64,000 nt of DNA, taken from Candidatus Saccharicenans sp. GTDB lineage: Bacteria > Acidobacteriota > Aminicenantia > Aminicenantales > Saccharicenantaceae. The stretch covers positions 816-64,815 of the forward strand of contig JBNARJ010000011.1 of the NCBI GenBank assembly GCA_049719515.1, in the 5' to 3' direction. Positions 10,053 to 18,509 of this stretch are shown piece by piece (position 1 is the first letter of the stretch; each line of letters opens with the position of its first letter). A model generated the notes under the pieces. It saw only the letters and a program-made list of their open reading frames with translations, was not told where the DNA came from and made no database searches. A program made the position numbers and the translations under genes.

Positions 10053-11120
10053 ATGAAAATTGGGTTTATTGGCCTGCCAAAATCGGGCAAAACCACTCTG
10101 TTCAACGCCCTGACCGGCTCCTCGGCCGCCATCTCGGCGTTTTCTACTCAGCGGGTTGGGCCAAACCTGGCTTCGGTCAAAGTGGGCGATGAGCGAGTGG
10201 AAAAATTGGCGGCGATTTACAAGCCAAAACGGAAGGTTTACCCGACGATAGATATTGTTGACCTGGCCGGCCTTAATGAAGGAGACGGCCGGGCTGATGC
10301 TTTTTCCGGCGAGCTGATGAAACTTGCCCGGACGGTTGAGGCCCTGGCCATAGTCCTCAGGAATTTTAAGAGCGACCTCCAGGGTGCTCCACACCCGCTT
10401 GAAGATTTAAAAAAGATTGAAGAAGAACTGCTGCTGGCTGATTTAATCATCGCCGAACGAAGGCTGGAAAAGATTGCCAACAACACCAAAAAGGGGATTT
10501 TGACCCCGGCTCAGAAAATAGAAGAGCAGGCGCTGCGCTTGGTGGTGGAAGCCCTGAACAACGGTCAGCCGGCTCGCCTGCTTGAGCTTGACCAGAGCCA
10601 GGAACTGGCCATCCGCTGTTTTCAGTTCTTAACACGAAAACCGGCCATTGTCATCCTCAATTCAGATGAAGGCTCTTTTGGTAAGAATGAAGCCCTATTA
10701 CATGAAATAGGTCTGAATTACCGAGCGATAGAATTCGCCGGACAGTTTGAGCTTGAGCTGTCTCAGCTTGACGAGGAATCAGCCCGGGCCTTTATGGAAG
10801 ATATGGGTATAAAGGAATCGGCGCGAGACAGGTTGACGGCCCTGGCTTATGAAGCCCTCGGCTACATCAGCTTTTTCACCGTCGGAGAGGATGAGGTGAG
10901 AGCGTGGAATGTCAGGCGAGGCGCCACGGCGCTCGAGGCAGCTGGGACAATTCATACCGACCTGGCCCGTGGTTTTATTGCGGCCGAGTGTTTCCATTAC
11001 GACGACCTGATGGAAGCCGGCTCGGACCAGGCCGTGCGCAGCAACGGGCATTTCAAACTGGTGGGCAAGGATTACATCGTGCGCGACGGCGACATCCTGT
11101 CGATTCGCTTTAACGTCTGA
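10053..11120 (+). CDS. ychF: Ribosome-binding ATPase YchF (Obg-family GTPase with C-terminal TGS domain)
   Basis: MKIGFIGLPKSGKTTLFNALTG P-loop, 355 aa, and a C-terminal ...VRDGDILSIRFNV TGS-like end. There is an RBS-like GGAGGAAAAGAAG just upstream. Confidence 0.9.
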   Translation: MKIGFIGLPKSGKTTLFNALTGSSAAISAFSTQRVGPNLASVKVGDERVEKLAAIYKPKRKVYPTIDIVDLAGLNEGDGRADAFSGELMKLARTVEALAIVLRNFKSDLQGAPHPLEDLKKIEEELLLADLIIAERRLEKIANNTKKGILTPAQKIEEQALRLVVEALNNGQPARLLELDQSQELAIRCFQFLTRKPAIVILNSDEGSFGKNEALLHEIGLNYRAIEFAGQFELELSQLDEESARAFMEDMGIKESARDRLTALAYEALGYISFFTVGEDEVRAWNVRRGATALEAAGTIHTDLARGFIAAECFHYDDLMEAGSDQAVRSNGHFKLVGKDYIVRDGDILSIRFNV

Positions 11121-11245
11121 AAATTCGAAAATTCGGGACATAAGAAAATTCGGGACACATTATATTTTTCCGATTTTTTTAAGGTTCAGGGCGCGCGTTG
11201 AAAATTCGGGACACACTATAATTTTCCGATTTTTTAAGGTTCTGA
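11121..11245 (+). repeat. Tandem array (about 2.5 units, 55 bp period) of the same repeat family, starting at the ychF stop codon
   Basis: Units at 11146-11190 and 11201-11243 (GAAAATTCGGGACACAYTATAWTTTTCCGATTTTTTTAAGGTTC...) plus a partial unit at 11121-11145. A degenerate copy lies at 11317-11345. Confidence 0.6.
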
Positions 11246-11591
11246 GTGCACGGAAAATTATTACTATCAGTCCAGTTTGAACAAAAGTCAGCTATCATAT
11301 TGATAATAAATTAAATAAAATCGGGACATATTAAAACTTTTTGGTGAAGGTTTATAAAGTCCAAAAAATAGGTGTTTTATTGCTGATAAAACAGACAGGG
11401 TTAACATCGCTCTTTATTTTCCTCTTATCATTTTTCTTAACCATCAACATTAATTAATCGGCTTAAAAAAAATTCCTGGGATTAAATATTTCTTATTTTT
11501 CCCTATCTACCCGGTCTCAAATTAATGGCTAACGGCCAAAAATGGTGCTTTATTAAGCATTTTAGGGTAACATATATAAAAAGATAGGGCG

Positions 11592-11894
11592 ATGTTCAAA
11601 ATAGCATTATGGGTTTTATTAGTCGGGGGAGGTTTATTTGCTCTCGACCGTCTCTTTCTGTTCATGGAAAGCCGGGGCTGGATATACTATCGCCGGCGGA
11701 AACCAGGCTCGAGCGCCCTGAGCAATGCCTGCCTGGAGGTCCAGCAGCTGCTCGAACCCTCGAAAAAGCATATTGTGCAAATAAAGAAAGAGCAAAAGGT
11801 AGAAGCGAAAGAATCAGGCTCTCTAAATCAAGATGACCCGGCTCTGGAAAATCAGGAAAATTATGATAAAGATCGCCCCCAAAAATTATTATAA
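11592..11894 (+). CDS. Small hypothetical protein with N-terminal TM helix
   Basis: 100 aa ORF with a hydrophobic N-terminus and a charged C-terminus. No motif recognised. Confidence 0.3.
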   Translation: MFKIALWVLLVGGGLFALDRLFLFMESRGWIYYRRRKPGSSALSNACLEVQQLLEPSKKHIVQIKKEQKVEAKESGSLNQDDPALENQENYDKDRPQKLL

Positions 11895-12033
11895 CCGGCA
11901 GAAACTTAGCAGCTAAACTGAGATTGAGAGGAGCAAAAATTAGCTTCAATGAAAGTAAAAATTGATGGGTCTGTGTAAAAATGATTTAAATATTTTGCTT
12001 TAAAGATAAATATTTGTCAGGAAAGGAGAAAAA

Positions 12034-12663
12034 ATGAAAGAATCGATACTTATTCCGGATATGAAATTTGCCCGGCTGGCTTCTACTGAGCAGATAGAAA
12101 GAACGGTTCAGTCGCTGGAAAAAAATGGAATAAAAACTTATGTAGCCGAGAATGGGGAAGAAGCCAGAAAAAAACTCTGGGAATTAATTCCGCCGGGGGC
12201 AGAAGTTTTTACCGCCACGTCTGCCACGCTCGATGAATTGGGCATTCCAGCTGAAATAGAAACCCGTTATAACTCAGTTAGGGCCAGGCTGGCGAAAATG
12301 GACCCCAAAAGGGAAATGCGAGAGATGATCAAAATGGGCGCCGTGCCCGAATTTATGTTGGGAAGTGTCCATGCGGTGAGCGAGACGGGAAGCATAGTCA
12401 TAGGTTCGGCTACCGGGAGTCAGTTATCGGGATATGCGGCCGCAGCCAACAGAGTAATCTGGATTGTCGGAGCTCAAAAAATTGTGCCTACGCTGGAGGA
12501 TGGCCTTAGGCGTCTTTATGATTACTGCCTGCCGCTGGAAGATGCCCGCGCCCTTAAAGTTTACGGAGTCAATAGCAGTGTTAATAAAATCCTTATTATT
12601 CATAAAGAAACAACTCCCGGCCGAATTTCAATGATTATCGTAAAGGAAAAATTGGGTTTTTAA
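12034..12663 (+). CDS. LUD-domain protein (LutC/YkgG-like)
   Basis: 209 aa. The overall pattern resembles the LutC/DUF162 family. The upstream AGGAGA RBS is correctly spaced. Confidence 0.5.
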   Translation: MKESILIPDMKFARLASTEQIERTVQSLEKNGIKTYVAENGEEARKKLWELIPPGAEVFTATSATLDELGIPAEIETRYNSVRARLAKMDPKREMREMIKMGAVPEFMLGSVHAVSETGSIVIGSATGSQLSGYAAAANRVIWIVGAQKIVPTLEDGLRRLYDYCLPLEDARALKVYGVNSSVNKILIIHKETTPGRISMIIVKEKLGF

Positions 12664-12675
12664 AAAAGGAAAAAA

Positions 12676-13464
12676 ATGAAAATAGCCATTTTTTCTGATA
12701 TTCACGGAAACCTGTTTGCCCTGCAGGCGGTTTTGGAGGACTTTAAGAAACGCGGAGTGGATATGGCTATCTGCGGGGGTGACCTGGTCGGTTACGGAGC
12801 GCATCCCAACGAGGTCATCGACCTTCTTCGCCAGCATCATATCCCAACCATCATGGGCAACTATGACCAGGGAATCGGACACGACTCTGACGATTGCGGC
12901 TGTGCTTATCGCGATGAGCTGTCTAAAGCGCTGGGCAAACGCTCCATCGCCTGGACCAGGGAAAAGGTCACACCCGAAAATAAAGCTTACCTCCGTAACT
13001 TACCTGAAAGAATCAGCATGACGGTCAACGGCCGGAAAATTCTCATGGTGCACGGCAGTCCGCGCAGAATCAATGAGTACCTGTTTGAAGATCGGCCGCT
13101 GACTTCAGTAATCAGGCATTTTGAAAACGAAAAAGCGGACATCATCACCTGCGGGCACACCCACCTTCCTTATGTTCGCGAGATGATAGTTGAAGAAGGA
13201 CTGGAAACGGTAACCGGGCCAGACGGAAAGCCAGCCACCAGGATTAAGCCGGGCGGAAGATATATTCTGATAAACAGCGGAAGCGTCGGCAAGCCTAAAG
13301 ACGGAGACCCGCGAGCCGGCTATGCTCTCCTCGATTTCACGGACGGAAGCCTCAAGGTGGAAATTGTGCGCGTGCCTTATGATGTCGAGGCTGCCGCCCG
13401 GGCAGTCGAGCAGAGCGGTCTCCCGGTGGAATACGCGGCCATGCTTCGCCAGGCCACCGGCTGA
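12676..13464 (+). CDS. Metallophosphoesterase (calcineurin-like, YfcE/MPP family)
   Basis: Motifs DIHGN, GDLVGYG, GNYD, MVHGSP and CGHTHLP, in the order typical of metallophosphoesterases. Confidence 0.8.
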   Translation: MKIAIFSDIHGNLFALQAVLEDFKKRGVDMAICGGDLVGYGAHPNEVIDLLRQHHIPTIMGNYDQGIGHDSDDCGCAYRDELSKALGKRSIAWTREKVTPENKAYLRNLPERISMTVNGRKILMVHGSPRRINEYLFEDRPLTSVIRHFENEKADIITCGHTHLPYVREMIVEEGLETVTGPDGKPATRIKPGGRYILINSGSVGKPKDGDPRAGYALLDFTDGSLKVEIVRVPYDVEAAARAVEQSGLPVEYAAMLRQATG

Positions 13465-13530
13465 AAAATCGGGACACACTATATTTTTCCTATTTTTTTT
13501 CCCACTAAACCGGGACATACTTCATTTTCA
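13465..13530 (+). repeat. Solo copy of the same repeat starting immediately after a stop codon, plus a degenerate half-copy
   Basis: TGA|AAAATCGGGACACACTATATTTTTCCTATTTTTTTT at 13465-13500, then AACCGGGACATACTTCATTTTCAC at 13508-13530. Confidence 0.6.
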
Positions 13531-13792
13531 CTAAATTTCCCATTATGGCTGACCAGGTTTATCGGAAATTCTGAGATAAATTAGTGTGGCCACGCAGCAA
13601 TTTCTGTTTTCGCCCCGAAGTCTTAAACAGAAATGAATGTTCGAGCAACCTGCCGGATCGGTCATTCTCAATAAATCTCTTAAATCATCCATCCGGAGGA
13701 AATAAAATTCGCTCCTCGCTGTTGTTGCCTAATCCCATCTAAACAATTTTTGAAGGTTAAAAAAGAAAGAAAATTGCACAGTGATAGATCAC

Positions 13793-14320
13793 CTAATACC
13801 AGGGGTACTTTTTTCTCGGAGCACAGAAAGTCCCGGATACCGGACCCTTCAACACGACCACAAATTCAAGCGGCGGCTCATCTTCGGGCTGGTAAGGTCC
13901 TTTAACTGACATCCTGTAGATTCCAGGCTTAATGTTTAGGAGCTCAAAGTCCAGGTCAAAAAGGCAATGGCAATCGCAAAGGGAAGACGCTTCTTTTTCT
14001 TTTATCCTTATTTCTCCGGGAAGAATAACCAGGTCGGCAGAAATAGTTCCTGGACAACAATTGAAGGCGGCGTTAATATGCTTCAGCGTAAGCCTGCTCT
14101 GACCATCATAATAATATTCCAGGCATTCTTCGCTGGGCGGATGAATGGCTGCCTCCACTCCTTCCTGGCTGACCGGGAAGCTCTTACAGCCCGAGTATCT
14201 TATCAATCGGCCAGAAGCCGTCCCCATCTGAGAAGAACAGCTTATAAAGGACCACAGGAGTAGGCTGGTCACAGGAAATAAGGAAATCCACCATAACCTT
14301 CTCTTTAGTTTAGGTTTCAT
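13793..14320 (-). CDS. Hypothetical secreted protein or lipoprotein, Cys-rich
   Basis: An N-terminal signal peptide with a possible lipobox (FISCSS) and 8 Cys residues. Confidence 0.4.
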   Translation of the reverse strand: MKPKLKRRLWWISLFPVTSLLLWSFISCSSQMGTASGRLIRYSGCKSFPVSQEGVEAAIHPPSEECLEYYYDGQSRLTLKHINAAFNCCPGTISADLVILPGEIRIKEKEASSLCDCHCLFDLDFELLNIKPGIYRMSVKGPYQPEDEPPLEFVVVLKGPVSGTFCAPRKKYPWY

Positions 14321-14564
14321 CCTGATAACCTGGCTGTCTGCTTGCTTTTTGCCCTTTTAAAATATAGGTTTTGGAGCAGCGGATGTCAAAGCCAGATATA
14401 TTCTAAGCGTTAAGTCTGATGCTGGTTGAAAAACCGATTCCCCTGGTCAGGCAAAAAAATTATTAGATTTTGGGTTTCAGGCAAAGTCAGGAGGAAACCG
14501 GGTACCTTAAAGAACCTGTAATTCTTTATTTGAAAAAGAGACACCGGTAATTGGATAATATACT

Positions 14565-14915
14565 TTGATGACCAAAGATAGATGCGAGAAGAAGTTTCCT
14601 GATATTTCCACCGGTTCGCAGAAGAAACCTTCGATAATTGATGAACCGGTGGAGGTGCCGGTAGACGGTGTGCTGGACCTCCACACTTTTCAACCCAAAG
14701 AAGTCAAAGAGCTGGTTAATGATTACATCGAAGAATGCCTCAGGCGCGGCATTTATGACCTGCGCCTTATTCACGGCAAAGGAACCGGCACGCTAAAAGC
14801 CATTGTTCACAGCGTTCTTAAAAAACACCCGGCGGTGGCCAGCTTCAAGGATGCCGACCTCACCGCCGGCGGCTGGGGCGCCACCGAGGTAATCTTGAAA
14901 AAACGTGGTCTTTAA
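14565..14915 (+). CDS. Smr-domain protein
   Basis: VLDLHTF...LRLIHGKGTGTLKAIV matches the Smr (MutS2 C-terminal) LDLHG...HGKG signature. Confidence 0.7.
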   Translation: MMTKDRCEKKFPDISTGSQKKPSIIDEPVEVPVDGVLDLHTFQPKEVKELVNDYIEECLRRGIYDLRLIHGKGTGTLKAIVHSVLKKHPAVASFKDADLTAGGWGATEVILKKRGL

Positions 14916-15290
14916 AGTGCGGAGGCACAATTATTTCCATCAGCTTTTTAATTTGCCGTGGCACTTATATTTTTCAAAATTCAATATTATCGGACACAGG
15001 AGATAAGTTTGCTTGCAGATATATGTCTCTCCATCATCCAGGTATATTTATCTGCATCATGTCTTCATCTTTTTTTTAATCCGCTTAGCCGGTAATTTCT
15101 TCTCGGCCGTAAGGAATTATAGACCTCGAATACAGATATAACCCCTTTTTTCAATTATCTTTCTCTGACGAAATTCCTATTATTTCAGGCTACTTAAGGA
15201 AAGAGTTATCTCTAAAAAATTATCTCTCTAATAAATAAGATAAAATTTTTTTTCTTGTTTTGTTGGTTTCCGGCTTTTTAGCGTTTCAGT

Positions 15291-15779
15291 TTATTTGCGC
15301 TGGGCCAGTTCGCGGTCAATCATCAGCAAACCCTGTTTGTGGTCGCCGACCATCTCCAGTTTGGCCACGATTTCCTGAGCATTGGCTTCTTCTTCCACCT
15401 GCTCATTGACAAACCACTGCAGCATGGCGAAGGTGGCCCGGTCTTTTTCCGCTTCGGCCAAATCTACCAGCTCGTTAATCTTTCCGGTGATGTGCTGTTC
15501 GTGTTTCAACACGGCCTCAAAAGCATCTTTCGGCCCCTTCCAGGTCCTTTCTGGCTCTTTGATAGTTGTTAATCTGACCTGGCCCCCTCTTTCTATTAAG
15601 TATTTGTAGAATTTCTCAGCATGAGCCAGCTCTTCGTGGTACTGGACAAACAACCAGTTATGAAAACCCATCAGATTTTGCTCGGCAAAATAGCCGGCCA
15701 TTGACAGGTAAAGATAGGCGGAAAACATTTCCTCGTTAATCTGTTTGTTGATGGCTTCTTCCATCTTCTTGCTGATCAT
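15291..15779 (-). CDS. Non-heme ferritin
   Basis: 162 aa with the ferritin-like diiron ligand pattern (EE...YL, QYHEELAHAEKF, and EQ...E in helix C/D). The size is typical for Ftn. Confidence 0.85.
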   Translation of the reverse strand: MISKKMEEAINKQINEEMFSAYLYLSMAGYFAEQNLMGFHNWLFVQYHEELAHAEKFYKYLIERGGQVRLTTIKEPERTWKGPKDAFEAVLKHEQHITGKINELVDLAEAEKDRATFAMLQWFVNEQVEEEANAQEIVAKLEMVGDHKQGLLMIDRELAQRK

Positions 15780-16022
15780 ATTTACCTCCTTGCTTTATAA
15801 CATTATAGCCCTTGAAGCTCTGGCTGGCAATGGAGGAGTAAGGGGCCGGGCAGATGAAAAGGCACTTCCAAAATAGCCTGTTTATTCGTTGGTATTGAGC
15901 TTTTTCTTGAGATGAATAATTTTGGTTTATCCAGCATTTAAGCGGAAGCCAATCGCGACATAAAAAACAGCAGCGGGAGCTTGGTTAAATTAGTGATTGA
16001 AAGGTATTCGATGAAAGATCTT

Positions 16023-16056
16023 CAAAAAGATAAAAAGCAGGCTGTTCGGACAGCCC
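16023..16056 (-). terminator. Candidate rho-independent terminator downstream of lplA (minus strand)
   Basis: On the minus strand, GGGCTGTCCGAACAGCC forms a hairpin and is followed by TGCTTTTTATCTTTTT. Confidence 0.4.
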
Positions 16057-16145
16057 GGTTTAATATCGACCAGCAAAGGCCTCTCTTCTGATGGAGATAT
16101 TTTTTATGTTCCATCCCAGCCGCAGCGAAAAAATTGATTTTTAAC

Positions 16146-17243
16146 TTAACCCTGAGCGGTCAATTTCATGATGGCCGAAACCCAATCTTTAAGTTCGAGG
16201 CCGGGGCACCGCAGGCCAGTAATTTCAAGCGCCCGGGACACGCTTTCCGTAACACTATTTTCTTCAAGCGTAACACCCAGCAGGGCTCTTTCCAGCTCGG
16301 CCACCCCTTCTTTGGGCAGGGCGGTAAAATCCCCGGAAATCCAGACCGAGTCAAGGATTGGTTTTTCACCATCCATCTTAATCCTGGCCGTCAGCCTGAT
16401 CAGACCGCCCGGCGCTTTGTGGTCTACCTCGCGAACCTGAATGTCTTCATGGATCTTGATGGCCGGGCGGCGAAAAGAGCCTTTCTGGAAAATCAAGTCT
16501 TCACTCTGGAAGAGGCGGTCCAGCCTTTCTGCTTCGGATAGCTCGGCCGCCGTCAGCTGACTGAATTCCACTTCGCGGCCGGTAATTTCTCGAACCCTGG
16601 CCAAATAAATCTCTATTACTTTTTCTCTGGAGGGAACTTCTGGCAGAAGCTCCTTCATGGTGGTCATGTACTGCTCGAGGCTCTGGAAGACTTTATCCCT
16701 CATTTTTTCTGATGAGACGCGCAGCACCCGAGACATGGTTTTTTTGTCAAAATCGAACATAAAGCTTCCTACCAGAATTTCCGCCCGGCCGATTTGAGCG
16801 GCGCCCGTGCCGCCAATCTTTTTCCCGGCCACATGAATGTCGTTAATTGGCCGGTAAGAGGCTTCAATGCCCAGCTCTTTATAGGTCTGAATTATTGGCT
16901 CGACATAAAATCTGAATCTTTCCTCAAGCCGGTTGGGCAGGCTTTCCGGGTGAAAAATCCATTGGACAAAAAGCTGATTATGGTCAAGATACACCGCCCC
17001 GCCTCCGACTTCACGCCGATAAACGGGCAGCCCCGCCCGCCGGCAATAATCAAGGTCCACTTCCCGCTCAACTTCCTGGTGAAAACCAACGCAGACGTAA
17101 GGATTGGCCGGACTGACCAGGATGATGGTGTCCGGACTGTCCGGGCGGAAGGCATAGCCCACCGCATGGTAGCAGGTTTGCGACCTTACGGCCGGCACTT
17201 CGCCCAGGTTGATTACCCTGATTTTTTTCTTTCCACCCGTCAT
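16146..17243 (-). CDS. lplA: Lipoate-protein ligase (LplA-type, BPL/LPL catalytic domain plus C-terminal domain)
   Basis: 365 aa. An N-terminal BPL/LPL-like region (HAVGYAF...VCVGFHQE...RRAGLPVYRREVGGGAVY...) and a conserved Lys in VAGKKIGGTGAAQI. It is co-directional with the hydrogenase / sulfur-carrier cluster. Confidence 0.65.
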   Translation of the reverse strand: MTGGKKKIRVINLGEVPAVRSQTCYHAVGYAFRPDSPDTIILVSPANPYVCVGFHQEVEREVDLDYCRRAGLPVYRREVGGGAVYLDHNQLFVQWIFHPESLPNRLEERFRFYVEPIIQTYKELGIEASYRPINDIHVAGKKIGGTGAAQIGRAEILVGSFMFDFDKKTMSRVLRVSSEKMRDKVFQSLEQYMTTMKELLPEVPSREKVIEIYLARVREITGREVEFSQLTAAELSEAERLDRLFQSEDLIFQKGSFRRPAIKIHEDIQVREVDHKAPGGLIRLTARIKMDGEKPILDSVWISGDFTALPKEGVAELERALLGVTLEENSVTESVSRALEITGLRCPGLELKDWVSAIMKLTAQG

Positions 17244-17805
17244 CTTTTTCTATCCTTTAACCTCGGTTTAGTTTATTTTATTTTAATTCTTGTCCAAATA
17301 TCTTGCCAGATATAAATAACTCCCTCGTCTGACTGGCATGCAGATGGCCTTTACCTCTCAATTGAACGAACTTAATTAGTTGGCAGGCGGCCGCGAAAGC
17401 TTCTTGAATAAAGCGAGAAAAATAAAGAAATTCTCCAGTCAGCAACCGGGCTTCCTTTAGGTGGTTTCGTTTTCATTTTTTCTCTGGTTATTCAGGGCCT
17501 TTTGTGGAAACGATGCAGAAAATAATGTTCTCAAAGGGAAGACCTTGTTTTGTTGGTTGAGCCCGGATAGAGCGAACTGAACAACATCTGGTGAATCTCG
17601 ATTGAAATTCCTGTGGTTGATCACTTTAGTGACTAACTGCGTGGTTTGGGACTCCGCCAGTTGTTCTAATTACGCCGCCCACACACTGAGAAATGCCCGA
17701 CGAACCTTTTTGGAATCGATAATCTGATCAAATCCATCCCTGTTAATTTCAACTCCGCATTTAACAAGCCCGCTACAATTTTTCCTTTTTACCTGACAGA
17801 TATTC

Positions 17806-18294
17806 TCATCTGCCCGCTTCCTGTTCCAGCCATCTCGTCAAGACTTCCAGGCCTTTTCTGGCCATTTCCCGCACGGCCTTTTTCACTTCGGCACTGAGGC
17901 CGAGCCCCGTGCTGATGTCTTTTGGTTGAACGCCGATCAAATGAACCTGCTCCGGAAATTTTCCCCGGACCTTGGCCACGGCCAGAACTTCCTGGAAGCC
18001 GAGCTGGTGCCAGGAAATTCTCCCGCGGTAGAAAAGCTCGATTTCTTCATCTTTGTATTCCACCACGCGACCCGGTTCAGCCGCGCCGTCGACCGCATCC
18101 AGAATAAGCAGGTGAGTGGCCCCTTCCACATAGGGAAGCAAATCCATACCCAGCACCCCACCGTCAACCAGCTCTACCCTCGCTCTTATTTCCTCCGGAG
18201 CAATGTTTTCCAGCTCTTTCAGGGCATAGACGCCTGCTCCTTCATCATGGTTGAGGATGTTGCCCAGCCCGAGTATGACAATTCTCTTGGCCAT
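17806..18294 (-). CDS. [NiFe]-hydrogenase maturation endopeptidase (HybD/HyaD/HynD family)
   Basis: MAKRIVILGLGNILNHDEGAGVYA...DGGVLGMDLL...LLILDAVD is the classic HybD pattern. The ORF track opens earlier (18333), but MAKRIV at 18294 aligns with family N-termini. Confidence 0.85.
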   Translation of the reverse strand: MAKRIVILGLGNILNHDEGAGVYALKELENIAPEEIRARVELVDGGVLGMDLLPYVEGATHLLILDAVDGAAEPGRVVEYKDEEIELFYRGRISWHQLGFQEVLAVAKVRGKFPEQVHLIGVQPKDISTGLGLSAEVKKAVREMARKGLEVLTRWLEQEAGR

Positions 18295-18509
18295 TTCAGT
18301 TTCCATCTTCAGGCTCGGCGAAATCAAGGACATATGAAAAACTATTCATATATATTCAGGGCCTCGAACTTATCCATCATCTCTTGTTTTCTGCACTCCG
18401 CCGGCATACGCATCTAACCGCATCATGAATGAGCCAATTAGCAAGCTTCATCTCGCCTGGCAAAAATGCCGGCCGTCCTTTAACTTGGCATACCTATTTT
18501 CTCTCGGCC

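Noticed and set aside
16794-17315. 173-aa + strand ORF
   Set aside because: Antisense to the lipoate-protein ligase gene, which has recognisable BPL/LPL catalytic motifs.
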